Positions 28,076 through 40,925 of a DNA stretch of 64,000 nt are shown in pieces. The stretch lies in contig CM022670.1 in NCBI GenBank assembly GCA_012295275.1, forward strand, positions 3,968,001 to 4,032,000. Direction: 5' to 3'. Source of the stretch: Chrysomallon squamiferum. Taxonomy: Eukaryota; Animalia; Mollusca. The notes under the pieces were generated by a model. It ran no database searches. It was not told the origin of the DNA and saw only the letters and a list, made by a program, of their open reading frames with translations. Made by a program: the position numbers and the translations under genes. Position 1 is the stretch's first letter. Every line of letters begins with the position of its first letter.

Positions 28076-29190
28076 TTTTATTATTATTTAAAACCAAAGC
28101 TTCTCTTTCGCTATTTCCCTTTTTTTTCTTCTTCTCTAATTCGTTAATAATTCACAGAGTTAAATATAAAGTTATATATAAACTGAAATAAAATAATGAA
28201 TGACTAACAAGGGAATATAAAGTAATACGAGAACCAACGCTCAGCCTAGTTTAATTTTCTAATGCAGATGTTTTCAGCACATAAAACCCTAAATGACTGA
28301 AATTGCAGAAACAACTGATGACATTTTGTAGGTCTTAGAACCAATTTAACTGCACACGAAAGACTCTTCGCGCAGGAACAGTGTTTGTTTTCCCAAGCTA
28401 ACGGATGACCCAGGACCTAGTAAATCAAATTATAGAGATATACATCAGGAAGCCACTGTGATATACACTCGGAAACAAATCAATAGAAGGCGTACTAACG
28501 ATTTAGTTTCGGCCAACGGGAAATATTGATTTTGATGTTGCTCGACTTGGCTGACCATATTCGACAAACCCGACAGATGAAAGGTAAATAGCCAAATCGT
28601 TTCTGATATATTAAACATGATTAGGCACGAAGACGAGTAATAAAAACATCACGAACGTCAATGTTTGTCTTAACGCATCATCAGGTCCCGGGAGATACAT
28701 CCGTCCCTTTACATTAACAAACTGCACGTTTTCCTCATTGACTGTTATCAGACATAGCTTAATCGTCTGTAATCACGTTTGATATGAAATATTAAATGCC
28801 GGTTACTCGTCTTCCATTTGATTACTTCAGAACGTTCGTTTTCTTGTGTACCGGGGGTTAAACTCACCTCACCTTTTCCCATCCCTTTTTAACCGTTATT
28901 CTTAATCGTACAGAATACATTAACAAGAAGGAATCAATCGACTTACCACCTCCGTTTCTGTAACAGAGGAAAGGGAAACGCCAGACGTTTCCGAGACCAA
29001 CAGAAAAGCCGATACAGGCCAGCAGGAAGTCGATCTTTCGCGACCACGTCTCTCGCTCTTTGATCTTGCCCTTGGCGGGGTACCCCGACGACGACGTTCC
29101 ATCAGACGACGCAGGGTCTACGGTGACGTTCCAACCAGGAGTCTGACCCTTCAGGAGAATGTTAGCAGCTTCGCCATTGGGAGCAGCCAT
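6175..29190 (-). CDS. SLC6A8-like: SLC6 sodium/chloride-dependent transporter (GABA/taurine/creatine subfamily, creatine-transporter-like), 13 coding exons, about 680 aa; join(complement 28947-29190,26767-26898,25675-25990,21248-21380,20493-20627,17466-17569,15252-15376,13037-13149,12521-12658,10974-11073,7969-8069,6889-7068,6175-6396)
   Basis: Manually spliced exons give a continuous 2043-nt ORF with GT-AG introns and matching phases. SNF signature [45 protein letters not shown]2 [17 protein letters not shown]6 [33 protein letters not shown]8 [14 protein letters not shown]. Family assignment firm; exact orthology/substrate not. Confidence 0.95.
6430..6507. repeat. 26-bp tandem repeat x3 in intron 12
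   Basis: AATGTTGTAATTACAGATTGTCTCAT three times. Confidence 0.9.
6889..7068 (-). CDS. SLC6 gene A coding exon 12 (TM12)
   Basis: [60 protein letters not shown]; 180 nt; ttcag / gtaaga. Confidence 0.94.
7632..7972. repeat. Approx. 42-bp minisatellite containing the exon 11 splice donor
   Basis: Unit CCAGTGTTCCAGGTTGTAAATATTAAACTCACTATTACTTAA; AAACTCACTA seen 7 times (about 7663, 7750, 7795, 7837, 7877, 7919, 7961). Confidence 0.92.
7969..8069 (-). CDS. SLC6 gene A coding exon 11 (TM11)
   Basis: [34 protein letters not shown]; 101 nt; tgcag / gtgagt. Confidence 0.93.
10974..11073 (-). CDS. SLC6 gene A coding exon 10 (TM10)
   Basis: [33 protein letters not shown]; 100 nt; tgtag / gtatgt. Confidence 0.95.
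12521..12658 (-). CDS. SLC6 gene A coding exon 9 (TM8 end, TM9)
   Basis: [46 protein letters not shown]; 138 nt; tgcag / gtaggt. Confidence 0.95.
13037..13149 (-). CDS. SLC6 gene A coding exon 8 (EL4, TM8)
   Basis: [38 protein letters not shown]; 113 nt; tttag / gtgggt. Confidence 0.95.
15252..15376 (-). CDS. SLC6 gene A coding exon 7 (TM7)
   Basis: [42 protein letters not shown]; 125 nt; ttcag / gtatga. Confidence 0.95.
17466..17569 (-). CDS. SLC6 gene A coding exon 6 (TM6)
   Basis: [34 protein letters not shown]; 104 nt; tctag / gtactt. Confidence 0.95.
20493..20627 (-). CDS. SLC6 gene A coding exon 5 (TM5)
   Basis: [45 protein letters not shown]; 135 nt; cttag / gtatct. Confidence 0.95.
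21248..21380 (-). CDS. SLC6 gene A coding exon 4 (TM4)
   Basis: [44 protein letters not shown]; 133 nt; ctacag / gtgatg. Confidence 0.95.
25675..25990 (-). CDS. SLC6 gene A coding exon 3 (TM3, EL2)
   Basis: [47 protein letters not shown]...DPVTEFWE; 316 nt; ttcag / gtatgt. Confidence 0.95.
26767..26898 (-). CDS. SLC6 gene A coding exon 2 (TM2)
   Basis: [45 protein letters not shown]; 132 nt; tttcag acceptor, gtaaga donor; not in ORF track. Confidence 0.95.
28947..29190 (-). CDS. SLC6 gene A coding exon 1 (N-terminus, TM1)
   Basis: MAAPNGEAA...[21 protein letters not shown]; 244 nt; donor G|GTAAGT; ATG preceded by an acceptor-like tttttcttgaag. Confidence 0.95.
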
Positions 29191-30075
29191 CTTCAAGAAA
29201 AATAAAACAGAGTAAAAATTATGGATTACTTACCCGGAGAATGTTAAGAAACAGACTAGAAAACTCGCAACCAAAACATTAAGGTGTATAACACGTCACC
29301 ATTACTCGACAAAAAAAGTCGTTTCATGTTGAAGGTTGTGAAATTATTTGCGCGCTTTATATTTTATGAAAGATGTAATTCATGCATGTCTTCAGGGTAC
29401 GGATCGAAAACGACTCGTCGTGGATATACAAATATATTCTATTATCGTCGTTATTACAGTTATAATGTCCTGTAACTGCGATCGCGGCTTTTCAAACGCG
29501 TTGCCCCATGCAAATGGCTCGACAACTTTATATAACAAACTGAAAAGGCTACAAGAAAATGTACTTAGAAAAGAATAAATTAAAGATATTTAAAATTTAA
29601 ATTATAAATAAACCGAGCAGATTTGCATTAAAACTGTAGTATCTCTCGGATGAACAAAAAAACTGATCAAATTACACGGCCTATCCGGTATCAGACACAA
29701 TTTGTGAACAAATCAATAAACTTATTTACAGTTTGAATTAAAACACTGTTGTAAGAATATATATCACAATGTATTACGAACTATGTGTTAAAATTAAAAT
29801 AAACTGAAAAAAAAAAAATAATAAGAATAAAAACAGGCTGAGAGAATTAACATATAAAATAAAATAAAATAAAATAAAATAAACAAACAAACCAAGATTT
29901 TTTTTACGCATTGCATTGCCTCTATAGACGTTGAATACAACGATTAAACATTACAAGTATGAGTGGATATATTATACAAGGCTTCACACAGTTTTCTCTT
30001 TGAAACCTGTTTCAGTCTAACTGTGCAATTTTACTTAGACCACTAAAGTAATCCACAGATAGAGGCAATTGTAAC

Positions 30076-30118
<43 letters not shown>

Positions 30119-30372
30119 ATAGATATATATTTAGAACAATTTTTTTTTCTTTTCTTTTCAGCTGAAGAGTAATGTTTCGTACGAATATGTAAGAGCTTAA
30201 TGTTTATATACTTGTTTTTTCTCTTTTTTTATTATTTTTGTTCTTGTTATTTTTTATTCGTTTTCTCCCTCTGAAGATACTGAAAAATAAATAAAATTAA
30301 AGACTTTTTGTACTGACATCCAAATTTTCTTTTAACTGCATTATTTGACGTTGTAGAAACATACATACGTAA

Positions 30373-30633
<261 letters not shown>

Positions 30634-31286
30634 CAATATAATATGGAATGAAATCGTGAACGGTAAATATGACAATGAGGCAGATGCACTAACAAAATCG
30701 TCTCAACCCATAACAGCAGACATAAGCGACTTGATCTCATTAAAATGAATGTACATGATGGACGGTTAAACTGCATTTACTTTCGCTCTTCTCGAGATAA
30801 CGATAAGAATAAATTAAAGGGAAATTTAAATATGTATTTACGAAAGAAGAAAAAAAAGGCGAAATCTTGTTTTTGTGCTTACATGTGTCTTTGAAGTCTG
30901 TGCAAACACTGGCAAGTACACTGCTGCTCACTGAAAACACTGCAGTTTATTCGGTTTGTCAATAGTTCAAGTATTCCGAAACGATATCGCTAAGCTCAGC
31001 CGTGATAAGCCTATTTCTACGTTGTCTTAAATCATTACGTTCCGAAGATTAAGGTGACCTGGACGATTAAGCATTTATTTTTCTGTGATAAGATATGTTT
31101 TAGAACAACAAATTAAAAACTCACAAGTATCATTACTTACTAAACCGGCGATCAAGAGGAAGCCATAAAACGTACATTTACTTTTATTTCTTTCAAGTTC
31201 AAATGACTATGAAATTAATTAAATGATAGTTTTTACCAGTGCTCGTTAACCTTTTTTTTTTTCTTCTACTTTTTATGGATTTATAT

Positions 31287-31345
<59 letters not shown>

Positions 31346-34300
31346 TTAAGTTATTACATCTGAAACCTTAATGAAACGAATCCCAAGTTATTGTTTATAC
31401 AAGTAAAAATATACCAGATACGTATATCAAAATGTACACATACATACAGAGAGAGAGTGTTTGTGTGTATCTCTGTGTATGGGGTGGGTGTGTGTGTATG
31501 GGGGTGGGTGGGTGAGTGTGGGTGTGGCTGTGAATGGATAGGTGTGTTCACTTTGATTTAAAAATATAGGTTGACGTCTGAACCCTACTTCTCAGAGGAT
31601 TAAAACATGGGTATGCTAGAGGTGAAACACACTGCGGTGTACTGTGGAGATAAACTGCCTTAAGTGTTAGGCTGACAAAAGCCAGCTGTGTCGTCAACTC
31701 ATGCACGAGGACGTGCTGTAGTGTGGTTTTAATATCAGAATGGAAGATCTCTACGCAAATGAAAATGCTAAACAAATAACAAAAGAGCAACCGATGCCTA
31801 TCGATCGAAGAAGCGTGCACTGTGATTCATTCTGGATGCACCTTATCAGATTGTGTAATGGAGTTTAACAATGAGGAACATACCAAACATCGTCATATAA
31901 TTACATTTAAGAATATAATTATATTTATGTCGTCACCCGCTGACACCGAAATGCTAACTCATCGTGATATTGCTGTGTTAGCAGTCAGGTAAACATGTGT
32001 ACATCATTATCAAGGTTATGAATTATTAAATTATCAAGAGTAAAGGAAATGAGATCACGTATTAGCTTCAGGTAACGTTTGACACGTCAATCTATAATTA
32101 CTTTGACCTTTCAGTAAAATTTATTCTTTATTAATTAATACCGAACGAGAATATTTAGTCTGCTAAATTTATATTTTCAGGTACATCTGCACTTCTTTTC
32201 TTTTCGTCCTCTTCAAAGATTTCTTCTTTTAAATTTCTTCTTCTCCAAAGTTTTACAAAGAAAAACGAAACTGTTTTGTATGACTATTTCAATCAGCTTC
32301 AGCTATTAATCATTCACCGCTTTTATTGCTGCGTCTAGACATCTTAATATCAACTTATGGTTATCATCTGGCGCATTTGGTGGTATTCAGTGGGTTTTTA
32401 AAATCTCTCTCTCGGTGTTATGCATTATTAACACCGACAAATAACCGAAATCATAAAGTAAATGCAGAGGCGATGTAGCATTTTACTGGATTACAGAAAC
32501 CATTCCAAGCATGTTTTTCGTGCTTGGGTGTCATTAAACATTCATTCTTTCTTTCTTTACAGAAGGAATTTTGCAGATAGCAGAAATGAAAGACATACTG
32601 AACAGTTTTGAAAATAGGAGTAATCACAGGACTGAATTAAGTAGGATTTAACAACAACTGAAATCAAAAAGCTTTAGTGGTGTTTAACTGAAATACGAGA
32701 ACATATGAAACAGAGTTCTGCAAGTTAATAAGATCAGATGTTATGAAGAATATGTTTTTGAAAGTTAAAGAAAGGGAACAATTTTTTTTTTTTTTTTAAA
32801 TAATTAATTTTTACTTAATGACATGAGTCAATGTGCAGGATTTTAAAAAATAATGATTTTTTTTTTTTTTTTTTTATCACTGAGTTTGAAAAGCTGATGC
32901 ATAACGCACATTGATTTGTTTTGGTTAAGCGTTGAAAATTTCTAAATGTTGTTATGCCTATTAGTGAACGCACGAGCATCTAATTATGTATGAATATCCA
33001 TCCATATAGCAGGCATAATCGTATACCCCTTGCATTTTCTTTATTTTCTTTTAAATCTATATATATATAGATTTAAAATAAATGTTGCCCATTCTTCTGA
33101 TGACGTAATAACTGCCGAGTTGAAAAACGAAATACTGCGAACCAGAAACTGTGTGAGATAGTTAAACAACTGGAAAAATAAATAATCGCGTCAGCTGTAT
33201 AGCCGAATGTTTCGAGAACATATCTGCTTATTGAAGAAGATCGAGAAGAAAAGGAAATAAAAGACGTGTACACTTGGTTTGTTATTTGTGCTGGCGGACA
33301 TGCACACTGGCGGTAACGTCATCATTTGGTGTTGATTTCAGCCAGGGTCAGGTAACACTGCCAAGAACATCATTCAAGTCGAGCATGAAATATCTACAAC
33401 AGCCACCTTAAATACGTCAAACGCATACAATTCTGTTCGGCGTTTGTGTGGTATATTTGAGAATACAACCACATTTCGAGATGTGTTAAGACTCGTATGC
33501 AACATGCGTATAATAACACGCTTACATGTTAGCCAGAACCTAGTACTTTTAATGCTTTGAATAAACATCTTTAAACTACATGTATGTGATAATCAACGAT
33601 CTCGATTAAATTCTGTACTTTAAAAATCCAATTGCAGCTGTTTTGAATGCCGGTTAATTTATTATCCTTTAGTATACTTGTCATTTCGTTTTGTCACAGA
33701 GCATAAAAGCAGCAAACACCGTTGGGTATGCATATTATATTCTGCTAACGCATAATGCCAAACAACTCCAGTGTGCTTACAGTAATTTTAATATTCTTAT
33801 ACTTTGTACAAAGGCTGACTAACAGATTATCATAATCCTTAGAGCAAATCAGATCACTTACTGAAGATAATTTAGTGTTCAACGACTGTTAGCATTATAT
33901 AACACGTAAGAGATCAAGTTGGTATCAGTGATGGGACGAGTTACCAGCAGATCACAGTTAGTAATACAAACACGTGTTGTTAAAATATATCTACCTAGAA
34001 CGGATTACAAGGGATGTAATAATACATTTGCCCTAACAGACTAATTGCAGCTTAAAATACCATAACTTATCACAGCAAATTAAAGAATGTACACCAGCGC
34101 CTATCATGTGACAAAACAGACTAATTCTGATAAGACATTTTCGCATAAAAATTCTTTATTTTTATGCACGTCAGTGAAAATGTCGTAAGAAGCAGATTTT
34201 ACCTAAAAATAAATAAAATAAATAAATAAATAAATAATACATTCTCTCCTTTGACTACATTATGTTAGGCAACAAACATGACGAGAAAAAACTAGTTTTT

Positions 34301-37300
34301 TTTCTTTATCTTGGCATTTTAAAAATATTTTCAATACTTAGACCCCTCCCCTCCCCTACTGTTGTTCAACAAATATTTAATCTGATTATACTTGTATTAA
34401 GAAAATTTATTAAGTTTACTGAACCTATGTTTTTTTATCAAAGTCCTAACAGTCAACTGTTTGACTTCGAGGGTCAAAGTTGTATCAGGCCATGCCCCAA
34501 GGTTGGCAATATTGGCAACAAGCCATTCCTTTATTATTTTCCACATTCAGTTACTTTTAAACAGTTCAGAGCAATAAAATGTAAATAAATATCTTCCGAA
34601 ATTAGAATTCGTAGCGAAACACTCGTTTCTGCAAGATAAATAATAAATAAATAAATAAATAAAAATTCACTAAGCACCATGAGAGTTTACTTAAATTCGT
34701 TAAGACACCAAGCGTACAAACGAAAACGTACCAGATGCATATTTTAATTTTTATCTTTTTAACAAATTATCTCTATTTCTTAATAATATTAATAATATTC
34801 TTGTTGGTGCACAATCAATCTCTTAAAACGGGTCACTGAAATATCGATATTATCGGGAAGAATCGCCTCTGAATTCCGATAGCGCACGGGAGTAGCACAC
34901 CAAGTTTTATTTATTACTATTTTAAATCAAAACTGTGAAAATGAAAACAAGATAACGTCAGTAAGCAGCGAAAGGCCTGTGATAAATCTTGCTTTAAGGA
35001 TAGCGAACGTCAAAACGCCTTTCACGATAAACTGCCAGAAGTTGCACGCAAACACGAGCATTTCCGATTTTCTTTCGTCCGAAAGGTGCGGCGTTATTTT
35101 GAAAAGATAAATCGTGGTGTATTTTTGTCTTGTTTCGACTTCTGTCGACTGCTAATGCGGGCTTGTCGATCAGCCGAATTGTTATCAAACTGAAACATCT
35201 GATGTTTAAAACCGAAATAGCTTTTTCCTGACGTTGGAGAAGTAAAAAGAGACGCAAATCTTTACAAGTAAACATGAAAAACAAATTCCTATTTTCGTAT
35301 TTCCTTCTCTTTTTACCTTCAGTTAATTTTTATTGTGACAAAGCTTACAGATGTCCGTTTCTAATTTGATAAAGATAATGGAAATCCACCCCCGCATTCT
35401 GTAAACCTACTGTTAAAGTGCCTTACACGTAGAACTTCTGCACTGTAAGCCATTTACGTCAATTTTGTATACACCTGAACACGTGGAAGTTCCACCATTC
35501 CAATCAACCAACCATTTATATATCCACATAAACACATTTCGGATTTACATATGTACACAATTTTAGATATGTTATTAATGCCATAGTGGATTAGTTAACG
35601 GGGAAAGGGATGAACTGGTGTTACATTAACATTCTCTTGGCAATATGCGATACCCCTTCCTTCCCACAGCACTGCCATATTCTCATTCACCAATTCTGCT
35701 CCAGCTATCTGAGACTGATAAGACAGCGAAACAGGTTAGAACTTATTACCGTTACCAATGTCATACTTACGTTGTTACTTGGTCGGAAATAATGAAAGAA
35801 TAATGTCTTTCGTAACTAGCCGCCTCTGATAACTCTATGACTTAATGAATGGAAGCTGCCAGTTGTATTTATACTGAACCTAGACATGTGAACAGACAAC
35901 AAAATCTGGGTCAACAGAAACTAAGAATTACGAGTATGTACTTCATGCCATTCTGCATACCAAACATTCAAACCTAGATATAATTATATAAATGGTACTG
36001 TCAACATAAGCAGTACCATATTGGGTATTAGTATTTGCCACAGGCAGTAAATAAAAACACATTTAATGGATTTGAAATTATAAATCTCGAACCTAAAAAA
36101 AGCCCAGTAATCACAACTGTACTCGTTAACACGGTTTGTATTTACATAATATATCTATATCGCTACCTCGTTGTGCTGTATGTTGTTTACTAATCACAGA
36201 CGGATTACGCACCTCTAGATCTATAATAATTATAATGGTCAGCGGAAATTTCCCCTCGTGTTATTCGTTAACGGATTGTTTTATGGAATCGTGTTTGTCG
36301 ATAATGGAAAGATAGAGTACTTATAGCGTGACTCGACAGCCAGCGAGTAACGCGTACTTTTATATACTTAAGTCATTTCGGCTTTTTCCATTTGTTCATC
36401 TCTGCCTAGTAAACCTTACAAATAGAAATTCAAAGACTCGAGAGAATTCTTCTGGACAGATAATATAAATCTAAATGAAAACAAAATCTCGGCCAGCAGT
36501 TCATAAATGTTATCATGCACAGACTATATTGAACTTCTAAAGCTGATATTGGGCTGCTGCGTTTTGGTATGGTTACATCTTTATGCTCAGTTTTAAATTA
36601 TCCGATATCATCTTAATCATCGTGTTTATTATTATGAGCATGCCTTTGGTGTCTCTTTTTACAATAAATACAGAACGGGATTAATTAATTTTAAAAATAA
36701 ATAAAATCAAGTAAAAATAAAATAATAATATTAAATACATTGTATAATAATAGTAATAATAATAATGTATTTAACTTAACATCAAGGTATAATATGTTAA
36801 ACGATAAAACAAAACTCGCTTGTTGCGTCAATTAGTCGGTAAAATTAAAGAAAAACTATCATTTTGTTTCAGGTTTTTATGCATGTGACTGTTTTACCAC
36901 GACTCAAAATTAGCTGATGGAGTTATAATTATTTGTATGTCACATCTGTTGACTAAAGCAGTTTTGAGCAGTATAAAAAAACCATGTTAATTAAAAGAGC
37001 CAACTTTCAGCAAGCTTCAACGCCATCCTAAGAAGAAGAATTAGTTAATTAATCATTTCCTTATACTGTCCAGTATACTATATATATATATATATATATA
37101 TATAACCCTGAAACATCTCCATTTCCATTAGGAATGCTTTCAAGCAATCCAAACTAACTCAATCGATCGTAAAGTGAAAAATGAAAAAGAAAATATCCTT
37201 TTTTAACTGTATTCAGATAATTCATTTTTAGTGAAGGTAAAAAAAGAAAAAGAAATTAATTTAAAAAAAGTTCAGTTAAATTCTATAGTAGCACAGCCCG

Positions 37301-37808
37301 TATTAAAAACAGCTATTTTTTTTTTTATAACAGTTCTCGGAAGAATAATTTAAGAGAAAAAAAAAGAAAACGAAAAAGGATAAAAGAAAAGAAAAAAAAA
37401 AAAACATTAACTAATAATTAGCTGTCTTCATTCCGGGAAGATTCAACATTTTATCAAAAAGAAACAGATCTGCTTCGAATTCTCGTGTTCCCATGACGAC
37501 CAAATGTCAACCATCTGCAACAGCGAAGTGTCATTTGTATGACAGATTTATCGTCTGCAGACTGTACAAGTGTTACGCAATTAACTCCCTGATACGCCTA
37601 TCATCCTGAAGTGATCTTGTTTTAACAGATGTCCAACAAGAAACAAAAACAAAAATAAAAGTTCACTGACTTACGATCACACTGACCATGCTTGTCTAAG
37701 TTACGCAACGTTTAATTTGGACGGTTTAACAATTTCAGGCAAAAAATATTATTCGTTTTCTATGTTGTTGCAGTGTCATCTTCTTAATCTTTTAAAATAA
37801 CATATAGA

Positions 37809-37849
<41 letters not shown>

Positions 37850-38346
37850 GTGTGTGTGTGTTTAAAAAGAAATAGTTTCGGTATTTTTCCCCCGACATCC
37901 ACTACATGACATCGCATCTTTGTTATTTAACAATGTGAAAACGTTTCAACATGATCCTTCTTGACATTTAACGAAATGCCACCTCAAAATTAAATTATTT
38001 TTACGAGTTTCAGTTTTCTATTTTACTTTTCATGTAAATGTTGATGTGTTTACGGGAGAAAAAGCTAATTTGGAATCGTTTCCATAACAATGGATTTTCA
38101 AAACTTAATGAATTACAGATATTTGTTTGTGTTTTTTTTTACTTCTTCAAGAAATCATTATTACCATCGATTATAATGTAAATTAGCTTGAGAACAAGAA
38201 ATAGGATCGTTCAACAGTAATTATCCCTCTAAGGTTTTATTTCTTTTGTTTCTTTTTCTTCTTCAACTCGGCAATATTTATTTTAAAATCGATAATGTTA
38301 GTACTGATACCAATGATCATTTTTTTTCTTTTCAGTTTTATAATTG

Positions 38347-38432
38347 CTGTTCAGTTTTGTCCTCTCACTGGCAACCATTTTATATATTTATATATATATA
38401 ATGGTTGCCAGTGAGAGGACAAAACTGAACAG
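38347..38432. repeat. Perfect 33-bp inverted repeat around a 20-nt TA-rich spacer
   Basis: CTGTTCAGTTTTGTCCTCTCACTGGCAACCATT ... AATGGTTGCCAGTGAGAGGACAAAACTGAACAG. Confidence 0.92.
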
Positions 38433-40495
38433 AATAACAGAAAATTATGCGACAGTCTGATAATTTGTGTAGTCGTATTTCTAACAAGCATTTAATGGTC
38501 AGTTTTGTACCTAATAATAGAAGAATTTAAAAGAAAACAAAAAAAACAACAACAAAGGTGTTGGAAGCGACAGAGAAAAAAAAAAGGAAGAAAATAAAGA
38601 GAGTTGTAAAATCCTGTAGAATCTAGAGTTTCAAAGTCAAGTGTCTTATAATCATGATTCTTGCACATATGCACGCACACACACACACACGACAGATGGA
38701 AACAATGCAAACTGAATTAGTAGAAATTTTACAAAGATATTCTGTACTTGTACACGTTATTGCAGGCATTGTTAGATAGCTAAATGTTTACTTTTGAATT
38801 CATAGCATTAAACACGAGTAATAACTGCAAGCATGCATGCCTTACGAGTTTAATACATTAAATATCACAAAATGGTTTATTCGGGGAATCATAAAATAAC
38901 CGTATTGCTCTGTAAACAGCAGCAAAAGCAGTATTCTGCATTGTAAAACAAATGACAGTTGAGTGGAAGGTTTTTGTCAAAGTTCTTTCAAGCTAATAAT
39001 AATTACTACTTAAAACGACAGATCTTGACAATCATTTTACATACACATTTTTGACCTTGACATTTGTGTGCGAGTCAAAAGTTTTTACTAATGGATTCCA
39101 AATTCCAACTTGAGATGGACATCTGTTTATTTATTTATAATTATGTGCCTTTCACCTAGCCTCACTCCGAACAAGCTGGTGATCTGGCGGTCTTTTCAAA
39201 GGATTACACGCTTAAGCTGCATCACGATCGAATCCAGGTGGCTATGACTGCCTACGTTAAGTTCATCATGCCCTGATTTTTTATAACCTTAATCTCAGTG
39301 TGAAAGAGTCTTCAGATTCTTCGCATTCAAGTAAATCAATCCCACAATCTGAAACAAAGTCCTGCAGTTCAAACTCTCGAATTCCTGTAAAATCGCTCAC
39401 TCATATATATATATATATATATAATTATCTTTATATATACAGTTTATATATACAGTTTTTTGTTATTTGTTAATTATTTTTCGAATACTTCTTAAGCATT
39501 ATACTTTTACCAATTTTTACACATATTGACAAGAACTATTTGTTAGTTACACAGATGAAAAACAGGATATTATATAATACGTTATTTCTGAAGGTTTGGA
39601 TAAGCTGTTTACGCAGATTTATGACATAAAATGGAACATCAAGTGTTCTGTAATTACTGATCATTATTTTGTTGTTACGTGGCGTTTTTGGATTTCTCTG
39701 AACACGGGAAACGATAAAAACGTTCAAAACTGATTTCGATACGAGTTTTTGTTTGTTTCGAGTTTACACGACTGCATGCGTGAGTTTCAAGATAAAACTA
39801 TCAGTGCAGCTGACAAACGTTTTAACGCCGAGACAGAAAATTATCTTTGTAGTTTCTTTACAATAACAATAAAAGGATTTACGTCACTCTTGATATTTCC
39901 TATGTGCTTGTTAACATTTCCTTTCGATATCATGATTCACTTCACTAAAAATATGACAAAGCCTTATACTTTCTTGAGTGTTAATCACTCAACTCAAACT
40001 TGATAAATATTTCGAAGGTTGTTTATATTTTTAAACTTCATTGTGTGAGAAAACTGCTCTAGGCAATAGCTGATGTTCAGCTACTTCCCGTGGACGCAAA
40101 CATCGCTTGTAACAGATGGCAAAATATGTATGAACATTAATCTGCAAGTCTTTGCCTTTAGGATGACCCTTGCCTATTGCCAGTTGAATGATAAATGTTT
40201 CTCTTGGCGGTGCTAAGATCAGTTATAGTATTTGTCGGATATCTTATTTATTTTCTTTTTAATCACTTAGTTATTAACTACGTATCCTCGGTGTAAGGAA
40301 TATGTTGAACGGAAAAATATGAGTTTGTTTTTAAGTATTATTATTATTATTATTTGGTTTTATAATCCTTTGAGGCAGTTTTTATATTATTATTATTATT
40401 TTTTTTATTATACTTTTACAACATGTCGTCAAAACTGTTCTTCGCAGGATTTCTACATTTTTTATAGACTTGGTGTTAAACTACGTGGAACCGCT

Positions 40496-40925
40496 TGCAT
40501 CGTTCTGTAACCAGTAATCTTCACATTACATCGTTCTGTAACCAGTCTTCACATTACATCGTTCTGTAACCAATCTTCACATTACATCGTTCTGTAACCA
40601 GTCTTCACATTACATCATTCTGTAACCAGTCTTCACATTACATCGTTCTGTAACCAGTATTCTTCACATTACATCGTTCTGTAACCAGTAATCTTCACTT
40701 TACATCGTTCTGTAACCAGTAATCTTCACATTACATCGTTCTGTAACCAGTCTTCACATTGCATCGTTCTGTAACCAGTAATCTTCACATTACATCGTTC
40801 TGTAACGTCTTCACATTGCATCGTTCTGTAACCAGTAATCTTCACATTACATCGTTCTGTAACCAGTAATCTTCACATTGCATCGTTCTGTAACCAATCT
40901 TCACATTACATCATTCTGTAACCAG
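40496..40925. repeat. 28-31 bp minisatellite, about 15 copies
   Basis: Unit CATTACATCGTTCTGTAACCAG(TAA)TCTTCA with small indels. Confidence 0.95.

Noticed and set aside
6148-29102. Antisense and shifted-frame ORFs over SLC6 exons (6148+, 6809+, 6889+, 20482-, 25720-, 28920-)
   Set aside because: Shadows of GC-rich coding exons
29191-29233. Donor CGG|GTAAGT just upstream of the ATG acceptor
   Set aside because: Would define a 43-nt intron, probably too short
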